From assembly GCA_964619725.1 (NCBI GenBank), contig CAZUFC010000018.1:20111-84110 (forward strand): 64,000 nucleotides of DNA, given 5' to 3'. The translations under genes were made by a program, and so were the position numbers. Source of the DNA: an uncultured bacterium. Lineage in GTDB: Bacteria; CSSED10-310; CAZUFC01. This document shows, one piece after another, positions 39,771 through 48,911 of this stretch (positions are counted from its first letter, which is position 1; each line of letters starts with the position of its first letter). The notes under the pieces were generated by a model that was given only the letters and a program-made list of their open reading frames with translations, searched no databases and had not been told where the DNA came from.

Positions 39771-41426
39771 TCATTTTAATGCGCCTGTACCCAGATGTAT
39801 AAAACGATTTATCTGTTCCTGCAGCAGGTTGATCCTGGAAGCGACGGGACGGCGGTTTTTCCATTTTGATTGAAGAAAAGAGCGTAATTCATTTTTTATC
39901 TGATCCGCTCCCCATTCCAATTCTTCTCCAAGAATAACCGCTGCCTGGAATGAACAGGAAAAACCTCCGCAGGGACCCATCCCGAGTCTCGTCCGCCTGC
40001 TGATGTCTTCCAGCGTTGCGGCATGTTCATGTCTCACGGCGTGCCTGATTTCAGCGCGACTGATCGATTCGCACCGGCATATAATGGTTTTTTTGTCCTG
40101 GTCGTCCCATTCGTCCGATTCCAGTATATCCTGCGCCGTCGTTCCATATCGGCAAATCATACGTTCCGCAGCTAACTCGATAATACCGTGTTTTCTTGCA
40201 AGTTCGCCGGCGCTTACGGAGGATGCGCTTCCCGGTAAAGGGAGCTCCCGGGTTCTGCAGGCGCTGCAGGTACGCTTTCTGTTCAGTTTTTCACATACGC
40301 GGTCAACAGCCTTTTCCGCCATCAGGCGATAATCAGCCAATTTTCCTCCCGTTATAGTCGCCAATCCTTCGATGCCGTCAGACTCAGCGTGATCAATTAC
40401 TTTGAAATCCCTGGACAGGCGATCCTCGTTCACCCCCCAATCGAACAAGGTAGGCCTAATACCGGCTATCACCCCTGTGATCCGTGCCTCCCTGATCCGG
40501 GGAAGAACCCGCTCCATCGACGCCAGCAGGTATTCGACCTCATCATTTAAAACTTCAATATCGTCCAAATCTCCGAAATAATCATCATCCGTCGTTCCCA
40601 GCATGCTGATGTTTTCATGCGGCTGAACGAATATCTCACGCCCGTCCATGGCCGTGGCTACGACGGCATAATTCACTATCCGCCGATCGAACAGAATGTG
40701 CACCCCTTTGGCAGGCCTGAGCTTCACCTCCGCACCGGCCATCTCAGCCAATTCCGAAGACCAGGGTCCGCCGGCATTTAAAATTATATCGCATTCCAAT
40801 TCCTTGTATTCACCCGTCAATTCGTTCACGCAATTCAGTCCCGTTATTCTTCGGCCTTCCCGTCTGAAACCGGCCGCTCGATGGTGATTCCATATCTCAG
40901 CGCCGTGCTCCCTGGCTGATAAAGCATTCAAAAGACATAAACGATATACGTCTATCCCCCATTCATCAAAAGTGATCGCTCCCTCCGTCATCCACGACAA
41001 TCCCGGTTCCAACTTCAAAACCTCTTCTCGCCTCAACCTCAAATGACGTTTGCCGCCCTTTAACCGGCTGAACCGGTCATATTCCTTCATGAAAGTTTCG
41101 ATCAATTCTATCTGTATCTTCGGAAATAACTTATCCTTCAAGACAGGAAATATAAAAGGAATGCGGAATATCAGATGTCCCGCGTTTTCTGCTATTGAAC
41201 CGCTGTCCTCACAAGCGTCTCGCGTCGTCTTGCGATCATACAGCAAATATCGCACGCCGCCGTGGATCATGCCGCTCGATACGCCGCTCGTTCCCGATCC
41301 GAAATCGTTTTTCTCAAGCAATAACGTCTTTACGCCCCGCAGCGCCAGATCACGCGCGCACCCGCTGCCCACTGCTCCGCCGCCGATCACGATACATTCA
41401 AATTTTTTTTCTCCTCTTTCTTTCAT
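39771..41426 (-). CDS. glpA: Anaerobic glycerol-3-phosphate dehydrogenase subunit A-like (FAD, C-terminal BFD-like 2Fe-2S)
   Basis: IGGGAVGSGCARDLALRG, GTSGVSSGMIHGGVRYL, PAKGVH, GTTD, AGIRP, ITGGKL, ICRCE…RRTRLGMGPCGGFSC. Probable ATG at 41426. Confidence 0.9.
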   Translation of the reverse strand: MKERGEKKFECIVIGGGAVGSGCARDLALRGVKTLLLEKNDFGSGTSGVSSGMIHGGVRYLLYDRKTTRDACEDSGSIAENAGHLIFRIPFIFPVLKDKLFPKIQIELIETFMKEYDRFSRLKGGKRHLRLRREEVLKLEPGLSWMTEGAITFDEWGIDVYRLCLLNALSAREHGAEIWNHHRAAGFRREGRRITGLNCVNELTGEYKELECDIILNAGGPWSSELAEMAGAEVKLRPAKGVHILFDRRIVNYAVVATAMDGREIFVQPHENISMLGTTDDDYFGDLDDIEVLNDEVEYLLASMERVLPRIREARITGVIAGIRPTLFDWGVNEDRLSRDFKVIDHAESDGIEGLATITGGKLADYRLMAEKAVDRVCEKLNRKRTCSACRTRELPLPGSASSVSAGELARKHGIIELAAERMICRYGTTAQDILESDEWDDQDKKTIICRCESISRAEIRHAVRHEHAATLEDISRRTRLGMGPCGGFSCSFQAAVILGEELEWGADQIKNELRSFLQSKWKNRRPVASRINLLQEQINRFIHLGTGALK

Positions 41427-41433
41427 AATGTCA

Positions 41434-41462
41434 TTTCTAACCGTATTAACGCATTGTGTCAA
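41434..41462 (-). promoter_or_regulatory. Candidate sigma70 promoter of the glp/AGPS operon
   Basis: TTGACA-17-TAGAAA on the minus strand, 7 nt before the ATG. Confidence 0.5.
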
Positions 41463-41505
41463 GAGCTTGAAATAAATAATCATTACGGGAAAAATTAAAA
41501 AATTC

Positions 41506-41643
41506 GGGAATGATCAACCCGGGGTTGCACTTCATTCTAAACTTTTGACGTTTTGTTTCAGTAATCGGGATCGCAATCGAAACAAAATGAGGGGAGATTC
41601 TGTCGAATTGTAACCTCAAAAGACGCCTCTTTGATCGATGCCC
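41506..41643 (-). mobile_element. Complete 'TGATCA family' element (138 bp)
   Basis: The reverse complement, ggcatcgatcaaagaggcgtcttttgaggttacaatt…cgattgcgatcccgattactgaaacaaaacgtcaaa…gcaaccccgggttgatcattccc, is colinear with 10452-10600. Confidence 0.85.
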
Positions 41644-41781
41644 TCTCTAAAAAATGCATATCGCTTTATCATTGTCAATCATCAAACGCATCGCATAGAA
41701 TGAAGGCTGCGTAGAATTTTGGTCGCATGAGCAGGACATCAAATCAGGATCGCCGAAATAAAGTCGGCAGAGCAGGGAAAA

Positions 41782-42708
41782 ATGTTGAACCGTGTGAAGA
41801 ATTTCTTTATTTACAGCAGATTTCCGTTTTTTACGGGAGTGGTCATGCCGGTAATGATAGGGACGAGTCTTGCTTATGCGGAAGGACATCCTGTGCATTG
41901 GGTTCGTTTTCTGATGGTTCTGGCCGGGATGGTGTTTGTTCATGCCGGTATGAATCTGGCCAATGATTATTATGATTTCAAGAGCGGGGCCGACCTGGGG
42001 AACCGCAATCGAGGACCTTTTTCAGGAGGCGGTCCGGCGCTGATTGAAAAGCGTGCGACACCTGGGCATGCAAAAGTATTGGTTGTATTTTCATTTGCCG
42101 TATCGGCGCTGATGGGTATTTCACTGGCATTGGCGGTGAAGGAAGTCCTGGGGCTGTTAATTTTTCTGATGGTCGCCGGTTTCCTGGGCGGCTATTTTTA
42201 TGCTGCGCCGCCGGTGCAGCTTGCGTACAGGGGATATGGCGAATTGTTCATATTTCTTTGTTTCGGGCCGCTTGTTGTTCTGGGCGCTTATGCGGTCCAG
42301 AGCAGTATTTTTTCCTGGTCTGCAGTGTGGGCAGGCTTTCCTGTCGGGTTCCTCATAACCAATGTCTTATGGATCAACCAGTTTCCCGATGCTGAATCAG
42401 ACAGGCAAGCCGGAAAAATGACCCTGGTGGTAAAAATGGGAAAAGCTCGTGCCCGTATACTTTTTTATCTCTTTTTTGCGGCGGGGTTTGCTGCACTGCC
42501 TGTTCTTTTTTTTGCGGGAGTGATAAAAGCGCCGGCGCTTGTCGCTCTGATTCCTGCCTTATTGGCCCTGAAGGCTTCGCTCATATGCCGCAGGCATTAC
42601 GATAATGCAAAGGCTCTCCTGCCTGCGCAACGTTATACCATCCTGGTCCATGCTTCCACGGGCATCCTGATGGCGCTCGGTCTGACGGCATCCGGTTTTA
42701 TCTCTTGA
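41782..42708 (+). CDS. menA: UbiA-family prenyltransferase, MenA (DHNA octaprenyltransferase)-like
   Basis: NLANDYYDFKSGAD, FSGG, YAAPP.LAYRGYGE, FGP, INQFPDAESD..AGKMTL.V; multi-TM. Confidence 0.85.
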   Translation: MLNRVKNFFIYSRFPFFTGVVMPVMIGTSLAYAEGHPVHWVRFLMVLAGMVFVHAGMNLANDYYDFKSGADLGNRNRGPFSGGGPALIEKRATPGHAKVLVVFSFAVSALMGISLALAVKEVLGLLIFLMVAGFLGGYFYAAPPVQLAYRGYGELFIFLCFGPLVVLGAYAVQSSIFSWSAVWAGFPVGFLITNVLWINQFPDAESDRQAGKMTLVVKMGKARARILFYLFFAAGFAALPVLFFAGVIKAPALVALIPALLALKASLICRRHYDNAKALLPAQRYTILVHASTGILMALGLTASGFIS

Positions 42709-43092
42709 CTTTTTAGTTATATATGTCCATCCGTCCTATATTCAGACTTCGTTAAGGCAAAATTTAAAGTCATTTAAATTCAATTATTTGAGCAGCATCT
42801 TTAAAATTGGACAATCGAGCAAAAACAAACATTTCAAAACTATTTAAATTCAATATGATAGTCAATGCCGGTGAATCGCCCGATCATCTCTTTTTGGTCT
42901 AACTATATGATTTTAATAACTTTAATAAAATGATCCATTGTCCAAAAAATCCACTGTTTTTTCACCCCTTTTTAACGATCTCTGATATTATAATTTTTCA
43001 TCTGCATTTTTCGATTATCGGAGTCGGTATAGCAAGCGGAACGGCAAATTCGGGATGTATCTTTAAATCTGATGCTAATATGCGTTTTTGAT

Positions 43093-43560
43093 TCAAATGC
43101 CGGTAGAGCCGAATCCGTTTTTGCCCCTGTCGCTTCGATCTATTTCATCTGTTTCTTCAACCGCTACACTGTAAACGGGTTGAACAACGAGCTGGGCTAT
43201 TTTCATACCGGGTTTGATTCGAAAAGTATCCTTGCCGTGATTGATCAGGATAACGCCCACTTCGCCGCGGTAGCCTTCGTCAATAGTGCCGGGAGCGTTC
43301 AGCACGGTTACGTTGAAATTGAGGGCGAGACCGCTGCGGGGACGAACCTGGGCTTCTGTATCGTGGGGCAGTTGGATCGCTATCCCTGTTCTCACCAATC
43401 GAGCCTGGCCGGGATCGATAGTCAGCTCTTCGCAGGAAAAAAGGTCCAAACCCGCATCGCCCGGATGCGCCGGACGTGGCAGCATCGCTCTTTCCCTCAA
43501 TTTTTTGATCAACAATTTTGGTTTTGGCTGTCGTTTGCGACGATGCTTTTTGGCGTTCAT
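43093..43560 (-). CDS. dut: dUTP diphosphatase
   Basis: [41 protein letters not shown]. Confidence 0.97.
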   Translation of the reverse strand: MNAKKHRRKRQPKPKLLIKKLRERAMLPRPAHPGDAGLDLFSCEELTIDPGQARLVRTGIAIQLPHDTEAQVRPRSGLALNFNVTVLNAPGTIDEGYRGEVGVILINHGKDTFRIKPGMKIAQLVVQPVYSVAVEETDEIDRSDRGKNGFGSTGI

Positions 43561-43820
43561 ATTTTAATTCTCCGTTGAGCGACATCAGGGCTTTCTTTTT
43601 TAGGTAATATTGAATGGCATGTCAACCGAACAGCCCCATGCTTTACTTCATTTTTCCTTCTGCGACGGCGTGAATCTTTTTTTCGCTTCAATTGCTTATA
43701 TGCTGAGGTAAACCAAACGACGGTCGCTTTGTTTTCTTGTGTTCATACTGAACAGTCGTTATAATGAGCTTCCTGGAATTTTGGTTTTTGCGGGCGGCGC
43801 TCGCAGAAGGAGAGAGACGC

Positions 43821-44663
43821 ATGAGAAAAATAATTCAACTGTTGATAATGTCCGGAGTAATAATTGTATTGGCGGCTCATTCAGCGAATGGATTCGGCCT
43901 GTCACTGGCGGGTAGATACTGGAGCTCGAGTTGGGAAACGGAGAATCTTGTGCTTGAGATACCGGAGGCGTCTTTCGGAGGTTATGTAGTTCCGAGTTAT
44001 TACGACACAGTGGACAGCATGGATTCGTCGGGCGTCGGCATGTACGGACTGGGACTCACTTTGCATCTGACGGATGCTTTTTCTTTTAATACCACGTTTA
44101 TGACGGGAAATTACGATGTGGAGATCGAATACGAGCAATTCATACCGGCGGAAGAAGTGGGCATTGATTTTGAGACTGAGTTTCGCATGGAACAGAGCGT
44201 GACCCGGTATGATATTGACCTGGCGTTTCAATACCGGATCAACCGTTATCTGACGGCCATCGTAGGATATAAGTCGCTGACCTATTCCTTTGAGAATCAG
44301 GTTATTGAACAGAAGAACATTTGGGGAGGCCGGGACGAGCAGTATGAAGAGCCGGAGATCGGGGCTTTTGATATATCTTATACGGGACCTGGAGCGGGTC
44401 TGAGCGGATTCTGGTTATTTCCCAACAACTTTTTTTATTACGGTGTGATTTCCGCATTGCCTTATTTGAAAGCATCCGGCGATGCTGACGAAAGACTGGA
44501 AGATACAGACGGCTGGGCCTACGTGGGAGAGGTCGGTCTGGGTTATGCCGTGACCGAATCTTTTGTTCCGACGCTGGGATGGAAGTATCAGCAATTTTCG
44601 GGTTTTGGGGAATTATCGGAGATTTTTAACGGCGTGACGGTGGGTTTGAGTTATCGATTCTGA
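43821..44663 (+). CDS. Outer-membrane beta-barrel protein
   Basis: Signal peptide, alternating amphipathic beta-strands and C-terminal beta-signal VTVGLSYRF. AGGAG RBS; TTGTGT-17-TATAAT upstream (43737-43765). Confidence 0.8.
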   Translation: MRKIIQLLIMSGVIIVLAAHSANGFGLSLAGRYWSSSWETENLVLEIPEASFGGYVVPSYYDTVDSMDSSGVGMYGLGLTLHLTDAFSFNTTFMTGNYDVEIEYEQFIPAEEVGIDFETEFRMEQSVTRYDIDLAFQYRINRYLTAIVGYKSLTYSFENQVIEQKNIWGGRDEQYEEPEIGAFDISYTGPGAGLSGFWLFPNNFFYYGVISALPYLKASGDADERLEDTDGWAYVGEVGLGYAVTESFVPTLGWKYQQFSGFGELSEIFNGVTVGLSYRF

Positions 44664-44793
44664 TTCCAGGACTTTTTTCGTCGAAGAGAGAAAGGCTGAA
44701 AACCTAAGGAAAGTGAAAAATCGAGGGAACGAAAAACGTTCATATTTCATGATAAGCTTCAATAAAAAGATCAAAAAGGATGGAGGAATCATT

Positions 44794-45831
44794 GTGAAAA
44801 GAGTTAAATTTTTTTCAATGCTTTTTGTTTTGGGAGTCATAACGATTTTTACAGGACCGGGAATGCAGGCTGAATGGCGGATGATTTATCAGAATCCGAG
44901 CGAAACGATATTCGATATCTGCTTTGCAGATTCAGACCATGGTTGGGCTACAAGCTGGGGCGGCGGAATTTTTCATACGCAAGACGAAGGAAAAACGTGG
45001 GAAGAACAGGAAAGCGGACTGAAGTATGAATGGATGAACGCTGTCGATTTTATTGACCGGTCGACAGGCTGGATAGCCGGCGGCGACGGTACTATCCTGA
45101 AAACTACCGACGGCGGCAATCAATGGGCTGCAAAAACTTATCTATTAAAGGGAAACGATCTCCTGGGGCTTTCACCGGAACAAGCCTTCAAACTCGTCCG
45201 CACCTCTGAAGCCGAAGGCGATATAAAAAATTTAGGGTTTGAAGACATCGAATTCTGGAATGAAAAAGAAGGCGTCGCCGTGGGCAGTCGCGGCATTATT
45301 CTGAAGACGAGAGACGGCGGAGGCAATTGGTTTTCGGTGAAAATTCCGACGGAAGAATTGATGATGGAGGTCCATTTTGCGGATGAAAATACAGGCTATG
45401 CCGTCGGAACGAAAGGCGTCGTCATTAAAACGACTGACGGCGGCTCAAACTGGGAAGCGCTGGATTCCGGGACAAAAGAACTGCTTTACGCCGTCTGGTT
45501 CGTTGATCCTGACATAGGCTGCATAGCCGGAAGGTCCGCCGCCATCTTAAGGACGACGGACGGCGGAAAAAACTGGTTCAGAACCTTCCAGGGCACTGAC
45601 GAAGAAGTCACAGACATGTATTTTACCGATGAAAAAAACGGATGGGCCGTCGGCGGCTCAGTCGAAAAAAATCAGTTCATACTCCGTACCACCGATGCCG
45701 GAAACTCCTGGAACAAACAGAAATACGATAAAAGAAACTGGTGGCATTCCGTATGGTTCACCGATGATGAAACAGGATACATCGGCGGAAACAGAGGCGT
45801 TATGATCAAGACGGAAGATGCCGGAGAGTAG
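44794..45831 (+). CDS. Secreted YCF48/BNR-repeat beta-propeller protein
   Basis: Repeats F.D…GW..G..G.IL.T.DGG..W; signal peptide; GTG at 44794 after GGAGG. Confidence 0.9.
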   Translation: MKRVKFFSMLFVLGVITIFTGPGMQAEWRMIYQNPSETIFDICFADSDHGWATSWGGGIFHTQDEGKTWEEQESGLKYEWMNAVDFIDRSTGWIAGGDGTILKTTDGGNQWAAKTYLLKGNDLLGLSPEQAFKLVRTSEAEGDIKNLGFEDIEFWNEKEGVAVGSRGIILKTRDGGGNWFSVKIPTEELMMEVHFADENTGYAVGTKGVVIKTTDGGSNWEALDSGTKELLYAVWFVDPDIGCIAGRSAAILRTTDGGKNWFRTFQGTDEEVTDMYFTDEKNGWAVGGSVEKNQFILRTTDAGNSWNKQKYDKRNWWHSVWFTDDETGYIGGNRGVMIKTEDAGE

Positions 45832-45864
45832 ACAGCGAATGTGCGCAAAATCATTTTAAATTTT

Positions 45865-46110
45865 GGCATTGATCAAAAATGGCCATGTCAGGGTTACAAT
45901 TTCTCAGCTTGAATCCTTCGTGCTCGTGCTCAGCACAGCGGTAATCGTAATCGAAATATCGGTCTGATTTGTACAGTCATTTGAAAGCAAAGTAGGACAA
46001 TCATTTGAATCGCTCGATTACGATTACGAGCACGAGCGCCGCTCCGTTGAGCACGAAAGTTCTTTTTGAGTATCGAGATCACAATTTGTAACACCTGTTT
46101 GATCAGTCCC
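45865..46110 (+). mobile_element. Complete 'TGATCA family' element (246 bp, GATTAC/GAGCAC interior)
   Basis: ggcattgatcaaaaatggccatgtcagggttacaatt … aatttgtaacacctgtttgatcagtccc; the interior has inverted hexamer blocks. Confidence 0.85.
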
Positions 46111-46175
46111 TAAATTTTTTATGCCAATGTGGAAAGGCGTTGCGAATTTTTAATCCGTAAACGAGAGAATATTTC

Positions 46176-46290
46176 GGGACTGATTAAACACCGATTACAA
46201 TTTGACCTATCAAAAAATCGACGAAAGAATTCTCCCTTTGGATGTCCGGCAAAATTGTAATCACGAAAGACACATTTTTGATCAATGACC
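46176..46290 (-). mobile_element. Minimal 'TGATCA family' element (115 bp)
   Basis: gggactgattaaacaccgattacaatt … aattgtaatcacgaaagacacatttttgatcaatgacc. Confidence 0.75.
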
Positions 46291-46309
46291 AGGAATATAA
46301 CGAAGTCGC

Positions 46310-47281
46310 TTATATAATTCGTAATCCGTAATGAAATAATTCCTTAAAAAAGACTTCTCGTTTTCCGGGTTCCTCAAGTAATTTCACAATGTCCCATCTT
46401 GATTCGACTAATCTGTCATTATCCATTCTTTTAATAAGCTCTTCAGTAAACACGGCGCCGAGATAAAAATTTTTACATCGGTGGGAATTTTTTAGTGCGT
46501 TTTGGAAAGATTTTGTGGCTGCTCCATATCTTTCAAGAGCGCCGGCAGGGTCTGTTCCCCCTTTTATCTCTACCACTGCAAGTAATTTGTCTTCTTTAGC
46601 GAATGAAATGTCGGGTTCTGTTCCGAATTTCATTGTAATGTCTTTTTTAAGCTTGAAAGTTTTAGGTAAGTCTTCACTTTCAACATTCGTTAGTTTTATT
46701 TTTGGATATAATATCAATTTTTCCTCTATCATCCATTCCAACAGGGCAATCTTAATTTTCTCTTCAGCTAGCCTTCCGATTTTATTTCTCATGGCGCCGT
46801 CGAGTGTAATTCCCATATTCGCCACAATACATCGATGACCATCGTCCAATTTCCAGTTCTTTACGTTTTTGACAATTGCGCAGATGAATGAGTTATATGT
46901 TTTGGCCATGAGAAGAGCTTTTTCTTTCGACAAGCTGATTTTATCTCTTCCGCTTTCCAATGATTCGATTGATCCGAAATAGCTTTTAGCCGCTTTGATG
47001 GAAAGTCCTGATAGTCCGCGATAGTAGAGGCTTGTACGGGGATAAAATTGTAATATTTCTGGATGGCAGAATACCAGTTCAGGGTTGTAATTTAATTTTT
47101 TTATATAATCCCATGCGTCGTTTGAAATATTTAAATGTTCAAGAGGACGCCATTTAAGTTTTCTCCTGTTATTTTTGATTAGTTGGAGAGCTTTAATATC
47201 CTGACGCTTTTTTAATGAGGAAGCAACCAGCAAAGACCTGATTCTTCTCAATTCTTCAACGTATTTGCTCTGTTTCTTCAT
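46310..47281 (-). CDS. Type II restriction endonuclease (XcyI/BsoBI-like, PD-(D/E)xK)
   Basis: GITLDGAMRNKIG…EPDI…VEIKGGTDPAGALERYGAA; directly downstream of a DNA methyltransferase; AT-rich. Confidence 0.8.
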   Translation of the reverse strand: MKKQSKYVEELRRIRSLLVASSLKKRQDIKALQLIKNNRRKLKWRPLEHLNISNDAWDYIKKLNYNPELVFCHPEILQFYPRTSLYYRGLSGLSIKAAKSYFGSIESLESGRDKISLSKEKALLMAKTYNSFICAIVKNVKNWKLDDGHRCIVANMGITLDGAMRNKIGRLAEEKIKIALLEWMIEEKLILYPKIKLTNVESEDLPKTFKLKKDITMKFGTEPDISFAKEDKLLAVVEIKGGTDPAGALERYGAATKSFQNALKNSHRCKNFYLGAVFTEELIKRMDNDRLVESRWDIVKLLEEPGKREVFFKELFHYGLRII

Positions 47282-47289
47282 GGATTATC

Positions 47290-48738
47290 TCATGTAAAAG
47301 TTTGCCTTTCATTGGATTTAGACCAGCGATAAACGCATTTACGGAGTTCACGTCTGCCATGTTCTCCCATTTGCTGCGAGCTGTTCCCTTTTCCTTTAGA
47401 AAGGAACCAGATGTAATCGACCTTCAGACCGGCGCTTTCAGCGAAATCAGACAGAATAAGGTCGACTGGTATTTCTTCTCCATGATAACGTACGTTATCG
47501 TTTACCATAAAAAAATGTCCGTTTGGTTTGAGAATTCGTGCCAATTCTCGAATAACAAGATTCATTTCAAAAAGATAATTTTCGATTAAATTTGGAATAT
47601 TGTTATTATTCAATTCTTTTTTTTCTTTTGCTTCATAGAGCAAATCGAGTATTTCACGAACTGCCTTTTGGTCATTAAAGGCTTGAGACGCAGAATTAAA
47701 GAAATCCATCTTGCCGCGAGCGCTATATTCGCTAAGAAGATTTTTTCGTTTGCTTTTATTTTCCACTGTGCATGACAATAATTCCTGTCTTAGTCTTTTG
47801 ACATCTTTTTCGTCATTTTCCATAAAGGCGAGTTCCAGAGCGTATGTTCGCGTATAATCGTATCTGTTTGCGTAGGGAGGTGATGTAATTATTACGTCTA
47901 CTGAATGCGTTTCCAGTTCCGGCAATTTGCTCAGACAGGAACCTTCTATCATTGTGGGCACGATTAACGGACAAGCATCATTTTTCCGTTCGATGTCTCT
48001 CAGCATTATGTTTAATTTATCCATTATCGCCATTTCAAAGTCAGGAATGAAACCTTTATTGAATCGTGATTTAATTTTTCGTCCAGCCCGGTAATCCCAT
48101 CTCAGATACTGTCCATCCTTTCTGGTGTAGCTAATTTCTTCGAGAATGGAAAAACATGCAAACCACAACAAAAATTGGATTTTGGCATCATCTATAGTTT
48201 CCAGAAAATCCATATAAACGGAAATCAAATATTCAGCTTCTTCAGAAAATGCTCCTCTGGTAATATTCAGATGCGGAAAACGATAATTGCAAAATGAAGG
48301 TCTATCGGATAAAAGTCTTTTAACTTTTTCGAGGTAACATCTGAATTTTGTCGGTTCGATTTGAAGTGCAAATAATCGAGCTTTTAGAATTGCGGGTCCT
48401 ATGGGTAAAATTTCAATGCCTATAGAGGAAAATCCATTTTCAAATGCGACATTCAATGTTGTCCCTGCGCCCGCAAAGGGATCAAGGATTCTGATATTTT
48501 TAGATTTAGTCCTGTCTGTATTTTTCAGCAGATACTTTACGAGATTGGAAGAAAAAGCTTCTTTAAATTTGAACCAACGGTAAAATGGAGATTGTTTGTT
48601 ATCCTGAAAGCTGACCATTCTTCTGTTCAAATGCTCATTTATTAAGAGTCTGTCAGCATATTTTACAAAGAGCGAATCACGTTTTCCTGCTCTGATGGCT
48701 TTAAATTCCGATTTTACGCTTTTTTGTTGCACGGTCAC
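47290..48738 (-). CDS. DNA amino-methyltransferase (N4-cytosine type, SPPY; M.AvaI/M.BsoBI-like)
   Basis: YRWFKFKEAFS, motif I LDPFAGAGTT preceding motif IV ITSPPY, and GNSSQQMG. Probable GTG at 48738 after AGGAG. Confidence 0.9.
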   Translation of the reverse strand: MTVQQKSVKSEFKAIRAGKRDSLFVKYADRLLINEHLNRRMVSFQDNKQSPFYRWFKFKEAFSSNLVKYLLKNTDRTKSKNIRILDPFAGAGTTLNVAFENGFSSIGIEILPIGPAILKARLFALQIEPTKFRCYLEKVKRLLSDRPSFCNYRFPHLNITRGAFSEEAEYLISVYMDFLETIDDAKIQFLLWFACFSILEEISYTRKDGQYLRWDYRAGRKIKSRFNKGFIPDFEMAIMDKLNIMLRDIERKNDACPLIVPTMIEGSCLSKLPELETHSVDVIITSPPYANRYDYTRTYALELAFMENDEKDVKRLRQELLSCTVENKSKRKNLLSEYSARGKMDFFNSASQAFNDQKAVREILDLLYEAKEKKELNNNNIPNLIENYLFEMNLVIRELARILKPNGHFFMVNDNVRYHGEEIPVDLILSDFAESAGLKVDYIWFLSKGKGNSSQQMGEHGRRELRKCVYRWSKSNERQTFT

Positions 48739-48911
48739 GGGATGATTCTCCTGACATCGAAAAATGATATGACAACTAGTACGTAAAGTCAAAGGTCAAA
48801 ATCGATTAGCAGGTAAGTTAAAAGGACATTCAGTTTTGACTGGCAAAATGACTTTACTACGAGACAGAACATCATCCGCCATCCGGCAACCACCATCCGG
48901 GATTCAACCCA

